In this document: piece after piece, positions 35,239-43,882 of the stretch
Position numbering within the stretch: the stretch's first letter is position 1
How the letters are laid out: the number at the start of each line of letters is the position of its first letter
NCBI GenBank assembly: GCA_039815375.1
Contig: JBCBZJ010000008.1
Coordinates: 32,001 to 96,000, forward strand
Direction of reading: 5' to 3'
DNA: 64,000 nt
From: Verrucomicrobiota bacterium
Lineage (GTDB): Bacteria; Verrucomicrobiota; Verrucomicrobiia; Opitutales; Coraliomargaritaceae
Notes under the pieces: generated by a model
What the model was told of the DNA's origin: nothing
The model's input: only the letters and a program-made list of their open reading frames with translations
Database searches by the model: none
Program-made: the position numbers and the translations under genes

Positions 35239-35646
35239 TCAAGTGGCCCTTGTCCAATCTTCAACCGTGAGTCCGGCGACTCGACCGAACTCTTTTGTGT
35301 TGTTGGTAACAAGAGCCATGGAATGTGCACGTGTGATGGCGGCGATGAAGACATCTTTCGGGCCGATGGGGTCGCCGCGTTGGGCGAGGTCGGTTCGGAT
35401 GTTAGCGTAGTGTGGGCTGACTTTGGCGTCGAAGGGGAGTCTTGCGAAGGGTTTCACGAAGGCTTCGATCTTGGCTGCGTTCTGCGCTTTTTGCTGACTG
35501 CGGCTTACGTCATAGAGCAACTCAGCGTAAACGATTTCCGGAATGTAGATGTCTTTCGGCCGGACACTTTGCAGGCGTTCCCGAATAGCTGGATGGCTGC
35601 CCTTCAGGTAGTAGATGATGCTATTGGTATCCAAACAATACTTCAT
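35239..35646 (-). CDS. VapC toxin
   Basis: YCLDTNSII, IVYAEL, IGPKDVFIAA, LVTNNTKEFGRVAGL..EDW. Confidence 0.93.
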   Translation of the reverse strand: MKYCLDTNSIIYYLKGSHPAIRERLQSVRPKDIYIPEIVYAELLYDVSRSQQKAQNAAKIEAFVKPFARLPFDAKVSPHYANIRTDLAQRGDPIGPKDVFIAAITRAHSMALVTNNTKEFGRVAGLTVEDWTRAT

Positions 35647-35879
35647 AGCGCTTCGCGGGGGCTATCGGCTACGTTGTCCAGATCGTCGTGCTGCTTGAAC
35701 TCGGGGTCCTTGATGCTCCCGAAGAGGCTGAAATAGTCCTCCGGCCAGATCTGCCCGTCATCGGCAGCTGCGCTCAACTGTTCGCAGGCCCAGCTCGACA
35801 GAGAACGATTGGCCCGTTTCGCCGCGAGTTTGGCTTTTGCCTGTGTCTCTTCGTCGATGTAAATGGTGAGTTGTGCCAT
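35643..35879 (-). CDS. CopG/RHH-like antitoxin
   Basis: MAQLTIYIDEET...SLSSWA...WPEDYFSLFGSIKD; overlaps the toxin start. Confidence 0.85.
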   Translation of the reverse strand: MAQLTIYIDEETQAKAKLAAKRANRSLSSWACEQLSAAADDGQIWPEDYFSLFGSIKDPEFKQHDDLDNVADSPREAL

Positions 35880-36007
35880 GAATAGAAAGCTAGTGTGACA
35901 TAAGAGTATTACAAGTATAAGTGCACATATAATTGTATTTCCCGTAAGTTTACATACAGGTTTTCAAAGTCTTGCATCAGCAACGCCGTTAGCCAATCTC
36001 TCGCAAA

Positions 36008-36940
36008 ATGGATATGGAAGAAGAAATTGAGACTGTTGTTGAAGCCGCCGAAGAGATGGCTGCTACCGCTGAAACCATGGCCGAGGCTGCTGCTCCTGTG
36101 GCAGAGCCTGCGAGTGCGGGCATCGATCTCGAAGCGATCCTGCAATTGATCGTAGAGAAGATTTCCGAATACGGACTGAGCCTTTTAGCCGCAGTTGCAA
36201 TTTTTGTGATCGGTCGACTGATCGCAGGCTTTCTTACCTCGAAGCTGCGCAAGTTACTTGAGGCGCGCAAGGTTGAGCCATCGCTGGTTGGCTTTGCTGC
36301 GTCCATGACACATGCGCTGTTGATTGTAGTGGTTTTGATTGCTGCATTGGGTCAGCTCGGGATCCAGACGACTTCTTTCGTGGCCATCATCGGTGCGGCA
36401 GGCCTTGCGATTGGCCTGGCTCTGCAGGGTTCGCTTTCCAATTTTGCGGCAGGCGTCCTGATTCTGGTTTTCAAACCCTACCGCGTTGGTGACTACGTTG
36501 TTGCGGGTGGTGCCGAGGGTGTGATCGAGGAAATTGGAATCTTCACGACAACGCTGGTCACACTGGATAACCGCACTCAGATCCTTCCGAATTCGATCGC
36601 CACCAGTGGTGTTATCGAAAATTACTCGATCAAGGGCATACGCCGTCTCGATCTTGTAGCCGGTGTCAGTTACGGTGATGACATCGTCAAGGTGAAGAAG
36701 ATTCTCCACGAGATTATTGATAGCGAACCAAGAATTCTGACTGAGCCATCGCCACGGATCGGCTTGATGGAAATGGCGGACAGTTCAATCAATTTTGCCT
36801 TTCGTCCATGGGTGAAAGTGGAGGACTATTTCGACCTCTTCTTTGACCTCCAGGAGCAAATCAAGATCCGCTTCGACGAAGAAGGTATTACAATTCCATT
36901 CCCGCAGCGCGATGTGCACCTCTTCAAGGAAGAGGCTTAG
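36008..36940 (+). CDS. mscS: Small-conductance mechanosensitive channel
   Basis: GAAGLAIGLALQGSLSNFAAG, KPYRVGD, IPFPQRDVH. Confidence 0.94.
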   Translation: MDMEEEIETVVEAAEEMAATAETMAEAAAPVAEPASAGIDLEAILQLIVEKISEYGLSLLAAVAIFVIGRLIAGFLTSKLRKLLEARKVEPSLVGFAASMTHALLIVVVLIAALGQLGIQTTSFVAIIGAAGLAIGLALQGSLSNFAAGVLILVFKPYRVGDYVVAGGAEGVIEEIGIFTTTLVTLDNRTQILPNSIATSGVIENYSIKGIRRLDLVAGVSYGDDIVKVKKILHEIIDSEPRILTEPSPRIGLMEMADSSINFAFRPWVKVEDYFDLFFDLQEQIKIRFDEEGITIPFPQRDVHLFKEEA

Positions 36941-37006
36941 CCTTAACTCCGCAGAATGTTTTGCACCCTTGTATTTGCTGAGTAAGCCCGCTATCTTAAA
37001 CCGACT

Positions 37007-37318
37007 ATGATCGATCTCGTTAAGAAAACGATGCTGGCCGGCGTAGGTCTGGCTGTCGTGACAAAGGACAGGGTTCTTGAGTCACTGGATGAATTGGTAG
37101 AGAAGGGCAAGCTGACCAAAGAGGAGGCAGCTGAGATGTCGGACAAGATTGTTGAGGAAGGCAAAGTCGAAACCGAGAAAGCGAAGGTTGAGGCAAGTAA
37201 GCTCTTCAAAGAGATGTTGCACCGCGCCAATGTCGTGACTCAAGACCAATACGACGAGCTGTCTGCCCGTGTGACTGAGCTTGAGGGACGTCTCAACAAA
37301 GAGTTTCCGAATGAGTAG
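37007..37318 (+). CDS. Phasin-like / PHA synthesis regulator family protein
   Basis: KKTMLAGVGLAVVTKDR...DELVEKGKLTKEEA. Confidence 0.75.
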   Translation: MIDLVKKTMLAGVGLAVVTKDRVLESLDELVEKGKLTKEEAAEMSDKIVEEGKVETEKAKVEASKLFKEMLHRANVVTQDQYDELSARVTELEGRLNKEFPNE

Positions 37319-37449
37319 TATAGTTCGTTGAATGTTGATGGTTGTTCGATGGCAATTTCCGAAGGTAGGAAATTGCTTGCCCTAAGCCTTTGTTGCATCG
37401 GTGAGAATCCTGTAGACCTGAGGACAGGTTTCCCTAGCTTGGAACCAAA

Positions 37450-39099
37450 TTGAAGCCTTTTAATTATCTCGCCAACGCAGTGCGTGCACCGGAGATCGTT
37501 GCGATTCTGGTGCGGTGGGGCTTTGAAGACTTGTTGCTGCAGCTCGATACACCGCAGTTCCTGCTCAAGAATCTAGTCCGCAAGAAGGTGAGTGGGCTCT
37601 CGCCTTATGAGCGTGTGCGTGCTGCCTGCGAAGAGCTGGGACCGATTTTTGTTAAGTTTGGACAGATCTTGAGCACACGTCCGGACAAGCTGCCGGAGCC
37701 ACTCGTGATGGAGCTGAAGAAGCTCCGCAGTCAGGTGGAAACACAGGACTTTGAACGTATTCGGCCTGTTTTGCTGAAGGAACTGCAGGGTGAGCTAGAG
37801 GACTTCTTCAGTGAGTTTGATACCAGCCCGGTCGCGGCCGGTTCTCTGGGTCAGGTCTATCGGGCAAAGTTGCTGTCCACCGGAGAGACGGTTGCAGTCA
37901 AGGTTCAACGCGACGATATCCGCAAGACCATCTCTTCGGATCTGGAGATCATTGGATGGTTTGCCCGTCAGTTGCATACCCGGATCGATTATTTGCGTCC
38001 CTTCAATCTGCCGACTTTGGTGCGTGAGGCCGAACTGCGCCTTGAAGACGAATTGGATTATCGTAACGAGGCAGACAATGCGGAGATTTTCCGCTCGCTG
38101 AATACCGATCAACCCAGGGTCTTTGCGCCAAAAGTCTATCGGAACTTCACCACACGGCGCCTGCTTGTGACCGAGTGGGTGGAGGGTGAGTCGCCGGACG
38201 AGGTCGAATTTTCTCCTGAGGAGGCTGCGGAGCTCGCCAAATTGGGTGGTGAATCCGTGTTCCACCAGATTGTAGGCACCGGGTTTTTCCATTCGGACCC
38301 ACATTCCGGCAATATGCTGATCACTCAGGACAAGCGAATTTGCTTTCTTGATTGGGGGCAGGCGGGGCAGATCACTCTGGAAATGCGCTATGCCTTGGCA
38401 GACCTCTTTGCAGCGATCACTTCGCGCAATGCGGACAAGGTGATTCGAGTAGGTGAGCGTATGTCAGTGAGCAACCGACGAATTGATCGCCGCCGTCTGG
38501 AGAAGGAAGTGACTTTTTTGCTCAATAAGTATCGTGAATTCGGTCCTTCGGGGACAAAGATGGGAACGGTTGGCCTGGAGATGCTTTATATCTTCGGCAC
38601 CAATGGTATCGAGGTGTCGCCGGATTATGCGCTGCTTTCTAAGGCGATCCTCTGTCTTGAGGAAAGTGCGCGCACGCTTGACTCGAACTTTGACATTCAA
38701 GAGGTGGCCAAACCTTTCCTTGTTGAATTGAATAAGGAGCGCTGGAGCTTTGAAGGCATTTCGCGGCAGACGGCCTATCCGATTTTGGCGATGCTGCGCA
38801 GGATGCAACAGATCCCGGAAAATGTGCAACGGATTCTGCAGCGCCTTGAGGAAGAGGATATTCGGATTAATCTCCACCACGCAGGCACGGAGGATCTGCA
38901 GGGCACCTTTAATGCTTCAATGAACCGCCTGACAGTTGGCATTATTGTCGGTTCCTTGATCATCGGTTCCTCTCTGGTCATCACGACTGGCGTGAAACCC
39001 CTCTTGTTCGGCTATCCTGCGATTGGAATTCTCGGATTCATCGCTTCGGGTCTTCTAGGTCTGTATATTGTCGTTTCGACGCTGCGAAAGCACTACTGA
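37450..39099 (+). CDS. AarF/ABC1/UbiB-family kinase
   Basis: LGPIFVKFGQILSTRPD, AAGSLGQVY, AVKVQ, FHSDPHSGN, LDWG. Confidence 0.92.
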   Translation: MKPFNYLANAVRAPEIVAILVRWGFEDLLLQLDTPQFLLKNLVRKKVSGLSPYERVRAACEELGPIFVKFGQILSTRPDKLPEPLVMELKKLRSQVETQDFERIRPVLLKELQGELEDFFSEFDTSPVAAGSLGQVYRAKLLSTGETVAVKVQRDDIRKTISSDLEIIGWFARQLHTRIDYLRPFNLPTLVREAELRLEDELDYRNEADNAEIFRSLNTDQPRVFAPKVYRNFTTRRLLVTEWVEGESPDEVEFSPEEAAELAKLGGESVFHQIVGTGFFHSDPHSGNMLITQDKRICFLDWGQAGQITLEMRYALADLFAAITSRNADKVIRVGERMSVSNRRIDRRRLEKEVTFLLNKYREFGPSGTKMGTVGLEMLYIFGTNGIEVSPDYALLSKAILCLEESARTLDSNFDIQEVAKPFLVELNKERWSFEGISRQTAYPILAMLRRMQQIPENVQRILQRLEEEDIRINLHHAGTEDLQGTFNASMNRLTVGIIVGSLIIGSSLVITTGVKPLLFGYPAIGILGFIASGLLGLYIVVSTLRKHY

Positions 39100-39164
39100 G
39101 TTTGGCTGTTGCACATCTGTTCTTGATATTCAGCTAGATACGGGCTTACTCTATGAAAATAATA

Positions 39165-39230
39165 GCCTGAAAACCCCTCAGGCAGGGCTGGCAAGCCCAA
39201 GCTTTTCCGAAAACCCCTTCGGGAGATGCT
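39165..39230 (+). ncRNA. Candidate structured 5' leader of rny (three hairpins)
   Basis: GCCTGA-AAACCCC-TCAGGC, GGGCT-GGCA-AGCCC, TCCGAA-AACCCC-TTCGGG. Confidence 0.45.
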
Positions 39231-40773
39231 AATGCCGAAAAAAGTTATGACTTTGGAGCATATTCTGGAGCTTTCGATAGGTGCCGTCCTAGGTGCCGGG
39301 TTTGTTATGCTCGCTTTGAAGTCAAAAGTCGCTCGTGCCGCGGAGGCGCAGCGCCTGAAGATCGAGGTTGAAGCGCGGGAGGCACAGCTCAAGCTGAAGG
39401 AAGATCGAGCAAAAATGGAGCTCGAGCTTCAAAAGAAGCAGGGGGAGCAGGAGCGTGTTCTTGCCGGCCGCGAAGATGAGTTGTCTGTGAGAATTCGTGA
39501 GCTCGAGCGTGAGTCAGATCGTTTGGAGGGCTTTGATAAGCAAAACGAAGAAAGAGCGAAACAACTTGTTAAAGAGCAGGTATTATTAGGAGAGGCCGAA
39601 CACGAGGCTGAAAAAGTGCGCCGTCTTTACCGGATGAAGCTTCACCAAATTACTCAGATGGATCAGGACGATGCTCGACAGCTATTGCTCCGGGCAGCGG
39701 AGCAGGAGTGTGACCAGGAGATACGTGATCTCAGGCGCACAAAGCTGAGCCGCTCAGAAGCCGAGATTTCCGATGAGGCCAAACGCATCCTTTTGGCGGC
39801 CATGCAGCGGATTACCAGCCAACCCATGAATGACGCCACTGCGACTGTCGTCAACTTGCCCAGCGAGGAAATGAAAGGGCGTATCATCGGTCGGGAAGGT
39901 CGGAACATCAGAACTTTTGAACATGCTACCGGCACAACCCTGATGATCGATGAGACACCGGACTCAGTGCTCATTTCCTGTTTTGATCCGGTCCGCCGTG
40001 AAATTGCCCGTATTGCGCTCGAAGCCCTACTGCGCGACGGACGTATCCATCCTGCCAGCATTGAGGACGAAGTGATCAAGGCTGAGGACGAGATGCTAGC
40101 CAATGTGATCGATTTGGGTGAGGGGGCTTTGCGCAAGCTCCGCCTCCACGACGTCCACCCCGAGATTGTTGCCCTGTTGGGTAAATTGCATTACCGGCTT
40201 TCCAATAACCAAAACACGCTGGCACATTCCGTTGAAGTGGCGAATCTCTGCGCTTTGATTGCTTCGGAGATCGGCTTGGATCCTGCTGTAGCCAAACGTG
40301 CAGGCCTTTTCCATGATATTGGAAAGGCGGTCGATGAGGATTATGAAGGAAGTCATGCCATGGTAGGTGCGGATGTGATCAAGCAACACGGTGAAGACCT
40401 CCGGGTCGTCAACGCGACTGCAGCACATCACAATGAAGTGCCCGCTGAGACACCCTACGCCGGTTTGGTAATGGTTGCCGATTCACTTTCGGCGGTTCGC
40501 CCGGGTGCCCGCGCTTCATCGATCGATGGTTTTATTCAACGGGTGCGCAGCATTGAGGAGATTGCGGCGGCTGAAAACGGAGTCAGTGAGGCCTATGCGA
40601 TTCAGGCTGGCCGAGAGGTTCGCGTTATTGTTGAGCCCGATGTCATCGGCGATGAGGAAGCCCGTCAACTGGCTCGATCCATTCGTCAGCGTATCGAAGA
40701 TGAATTAAACTATCCGGGCACTGTTGAGATTACGGTGATACGTGAACAACGATTTAAAGAGACTGCGGTATGA
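39226..40773 (+). CDS. rny: Ribonuclease Y
   Basis: N-terminal TM + coiled coil, KH domain [15 protein letters not shown] domain [20 protein letters not shown]; start may instead be 39232 or 39247. Confidence 0.95.
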   Translation: MLMPKKVMTLEHILELSIGAVLGAGFVMLALKSKVARAAEAQRLKIEVEAREAQLKLKEDRAKMELELQKKQGEQERVLAGREDELSVRIRELERESDRLEGFDKQNEERAKQLVKEQVLLGEAEHEAEKVRRLYRMKLHQITQMDQDDARQLLLRAAEQECDQEIRDLRRTKLSRSEAEISDEAKRILLAAMQRITSQPMNDATATVVNLPSEEMKGRIIGREGRNIRTFEHATGTTLMIDETPDSVLISCFDPVRREIARIALEALLRDGRIHPASIEDEVIKAEDEMLANVIDLGEGALRKLRLHDVHPEIVALLGKLHYRLSNNQNTLAHSVEVANLCALIASEIGLDPAVAKRAGLFHDIGKAVDEDYEGSHAMVGADVIKQHGEDLRVVNATAAHHNEVPAETPYAGLVMVADSLSAVRPGARASSIDGFIQRVRSIEEIAAAENGVSEAYAIQAGREVRVIVEPDVIGDEEARQLARSIRQRIEDELNYPGTVEITVIREQRFKETAV

Positions 40774-41813
40774 TGATGCGCCAAACAGTCCTTGTACTTC
40801 TTATCCTGGTCCTTGAGGCAGCGACTATCCATGCTGCTTCGAGCATCGTTACAATGCGATCCGGTGAGCGACTGATTGGTGAGGTGTTACCCGGTTCTGA
40901 TACGACTACTCTGGTGCTCAAGTCTGCTTTGCTTGGTGAGCTCAAGCTGCCGCGCAATGAGGTGATTTCTGAGGAAGCCTTGTCGGCGGCTATCGCAGCA
41001 AAGCCTCAACCCGCGCCCGCAGTTGCGCCGTCAGAGCCTCAAATTGCTGCACAAGACAAGAATCTCGTGTTAACTGAAGAAGAAGTCGCTCACATCGAAG
41101 AGCGTCGTCTGATTGAACAATTTCAGGACTTGAAGACTCCTGACAGTTGGAGTGGCACCCTTCGTGTCGGAATGAACTTTAGTGACGGGGACAGTAAATG
41201 GTCTGAAGCTTATGCGAAGGGTAACCTGATTATTGATCCGGAGGGCAGTCGAAACTACTATCGAATAAGCGGTTCATATACCTACCGTGAGACAGAAAGA
41301 GGTTCAACAACTGTAAAATCAACAGATCGCTATGACGGTAATCTGACCTATCGGCGTGACTTCTCTGAAAGAATTTTCCTTCAGGGCACTGCCGCAGGTC
41401 GAGTTGACCGGATCAAAGGGATAGAGCGTGAGCTGCAGGGCTTGGTTGGTGCCGGTGTTCGGTTGAAGCCAATCGAAGATATGGAATTTATAGTCGGCGG
41501 TGGTGGCGGGGCCGAAGAACTTGATGTTGACTTTCAAGACACGCGTAGCGGCGTTAATCCGGTTGCCAATGTTTTTCAGGAAGTCACCTGGAAACCTTCG
41601 AAGAAGATCACGCTGGCTCAGGAGTTTAATTACTTCATCAATCCAGAAGAAGGGGAGCAATATAACTATATTCTAACTGCGGCCTTCCGCTACCGTTTAA
41701 CAGACCTTTTCGGTCTGGAATTTTCGTATAACGAGAATTTCGACAATGATGTCGGCAACGGTAATATCAAAGACGACATCCGCTGGCGGAATGCTCTAGT
41801 GGTCTACTTCTGA
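40770..41813 (+). CDS. DUF481-like outer-membrane beta-barrel protein
   Basis: Signal peptide, alternating beta strands, C-terminal aromatic LVVYF. Confidence 0.75.
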   Translation: MMMRQTVLVLLILVLEAATIHAASSIVTMRSGERLIGEVLPGSDTTTLVLKSALLGELKLPRNEVISEEALSAAIAAKPQPAPAVAPSEPQIAAQDKNLVLTEEEVAHIEERRLIEQFQDLKTPDSWSGTLRVGMNFSDGDSKWSEAYAKGNLIIDPEGSRNYYRISGSYTYRETERGSTTVKSTDRYDGNLTYRRDFSERIFLQGTAAGRVDRIKGIERELQGLVGAGVRLKPIEDMEFIVGGGGGAEELDVDFQDTRSGVNPVANVFQEVTWKPSKKITLAQEFNYFINPEEGEQYNYILTAAFRYRLTDLFGLEFSYNENFDNDVGNGNIKDDIRWRNALVVYF

Positions 41814-41814
41814 C

Positions 41815-42000
41815 TGGAATCGCACAGTTAACGCGCCAGTAAAGAATCTTCCTTAGGGCAGGTAGAGCAACATTGGAGCTGACTCCTGATCGCTGGTATT
41901 CTTCGTTAAAGACGTTTTCGATATTCAAGCCCACGGTTACATCTTCATTGAGATCATGGCTCGTACCGAGGTCGACTCGAATGTAGTCCCGGAGTGTAGC
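41815..42000 (-). pseudogene. C-terminal remnant of a TonB-dependent receptor
   Basis: DYIRVDLGTSHDLNEDVTVGLNIENVFNEEY, then after a frameshift GRFFTGALTVRF. Confidence 0.7.
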
Positions 42001-42033
42001 GCCGCCGATGGGGCAGAGCGAAATTAACGACCG

Positions 42034-42062
42034 TTGGGGAGCGCTACTGAGGCGCTCCCCAA
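42034..42062. terminator. Hairpin, probable terminator of the barrel gene
   Basis: TTGGGGAGCGC-tactgag-GCGCTCCCCAA. Confidence 0.6.
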
Positions 42063-42102
42063 CTTAGATAATGCCTGTGAAAACCGACAGGTCGCCGAGG
42101 AT

Positions 42103-43200
42103 TCAGAAAGCTTTTTGCCAACCAAGCGTTAAGATCCAGTCGGTTTCGAGCTGGTAGCCATTCAGGTCCTGCCACAGGGGGAGCCGTAAATCGGCTGCGA
42201 TGCGATGACCTTCCAGAGCACCAGAAGGAGCCAGTAGGTTTAGGCCAAGGATTGCGTCGATTCTTTCGCCACCGTAGTTTTCATTGAATGCCGTAGTTAC
42301 TGAATTTAGGCCCATCGGGCCATTGGTGCCGACATCATCCTGAGTGCCTCTGAGCTCTCCCTTGTATTGGTAACTGAAACCGCCGTTTAGGCCCAGCCAA
42401 TCGGTTAGGTTGTATCCGGTCCACGCGATCGATTCGAAGACGTGCCCGAGCCGGTAACCGTTGTCGTTCTCGCTTTCGAGTCGAATAATGCCGTTGGCTT
42501 GAGCGCCCCAAGACCATTTCTCAAACTGTTGAACAAAGGTAAAAGACGGGAGTAAGTCGTAAGTGCCTGAACCAAGCTGCATAGCCGCTGGCAACTGATT
42601 GACATTGAATGTGGGGGGCATGCCGGGGCGAGGGGTGCGGTCCTTTTCATCAATAGATCCGGTTGGTAGACTTAGGCCGATTCCGACGTGAGCCTTACGG
42701 TTGCCCTCAAGATAAAAGCGATAAAGTGCAGTTAATCTGGTATCGCCCCAACCGCTGCTCTCTGTGGTGAAGGTGTTGCCGCCGACAACATTGAACAACA
42801 TGGCTGGTGCGGCTGGATTTATCAGATGGTCCATTTCGCTTTCCAGATAGTTTGCCATCAGCATGAGCGTAAGCTTGTCCGAGGGTGCATACATCAAGCC
42901 GAACATATGCATGTCCATAGACATCTCTGTAGGAGTGACGGTGTAGCCGCCGTCTGCTGCGAAGACTTCGGTGGAAGAAACCCGGTCGGTGCCGTTACGC
43001 ATGCCGTCCATCTCCATTGACATGAAGCGATAAGAAAGCATGAAGCCGCCTTTGGCGTGTGTGTGGTCGCCCATGACTGAGATGGAGGCATGACCGTCGG
43101 GCCCTTCATGGCCTGCTGGACAGCAGGGAAAAGCTGGTGTGGGAATATCTGCAGAGCAGATAGATGCGATGAATAGTAGTGTCGTGGTATAGATTTTCAT
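42103..43200 (-). CDS. Met/His-rich outer-membrane beta-barrel transporter (possible Cu uptake)
   Basis: Signal peptide, PDGHASISVMGDHTH, MSMEMDGM, MSMDMHM, SGWGD, MQLGSG, C-terminal WQKAF. Confidence 0.8.
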   Translation of the reverse strand: MKIYTTTLLFIASICSADIPTPAFPCCPAGHEGPDGHASISVMGDHTHAKGGFMLSYRFMSMEMDGMRNGTDRVSSTEVFAADGGYTVTPTEMSMDMHMFGLMYAPSDKLTLMLMANYLESEMDHLINPAAPAMLFNVVGGNTFTTESSGWGDTRLTALYRFYLEGNRKAHVGIGLSLPTGSIDEKDRTPRPGMPPTFNVNQLPAAMQLGSGTYDLLPSFTFVQQFEKWSWGAQANGIIRLESENDNGYRLGHVFESIAWTGYNLTDWLGLNGGFSYQYKGELRGTQDDVGTNGPMGLNSVTTAFNENYGGERIDAILGLNLLAPSGALEGHRIAADLRLPLWQDLNGYQLETDWILTLGWQKAF

Positions 43201-43298
43201 GGTTGTGACGTGCGCACGCGCTGCAAGGATCCGCGCCGAGGCACTTTAAAAGTGAAGCTTGTATGTATTCCGCATATGAAATGCGGTCTGGTTTGGTT

Positions 43299-43712
43299 CT
43301 AAACCAAGCTTCGCGGTGGCGGTGTCGGCACCTGCTGGCCGACCGAACGATACAACCAGGTTTCGAAAATCCGATCTGCTTTCGAGCTGTGCGGGACCGG
43401 CACGCGAACGGCTCGCTCAAGGCCCAGCATCAACTTCAGGCTTTTGTAATCGTTTTTCGGTGGCAGCGGAGTGCTCTCGTCCTGTTTCTCTTCAACTGAA
43501 TCAATAAGCCGGCACAATTCGCAGGGGCGGTCGCCTCCGAAAGTCTCTCGGAAGGCCTGCTCAATCGAGCTTTCCTGTGAGTAGCTGGTCAGCATCCACG
43601 CCCAAGCACCCAGCTGCAGAATAGCCAGCGGTCCCACTGCGAGCCATAGGCATACGATAAGAAGGCTAGACTTGCCGACTGAGCGTAGGAATTTGAGTGT
43701 ATTGAAAGTCAC
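43299..43712 (-). CDS. Small CxxC / C-terminal PPPR protein (DUF2946-like leader)
   Basis: N-terminal TM, TFGGDRPCELC, C-terminal VPTPPPRS. Confidence 0.75.
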   Translation of the reverse strand: MTFNTLKFLRSVGKSSLLIVCLWLAVGPLAILQLGAWAWMLTSYSQESSIEQAFRETFGGDRPCELCRLIDSVEEKQDESTPLPPKNDYKSLKLMLGLERAVRVPVPHSSKADRIFETWLYRSVGQQVPTPPPRSLV

Positions 43713-43882
43713 GAGAAAAACTAGCGCACTGGGCTATGTTTTCTGAATGCATTCTGGCCGCAGGTGAAGTTGTTTTTTCGAATAAAATCAAATCAAGGTC
43801 CCGCGATTAGCGGCATTAATTTACTATTTTCAACTGGTAGTATGTGATTGCAGGGGGGTCGTTAATGCAAGTTACTAGCATT

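Noticed and set aside
30206..36000. Prophage, ICE or integron
   Set aside because: No integrase, transposase, phage genes or recognisable attC array.
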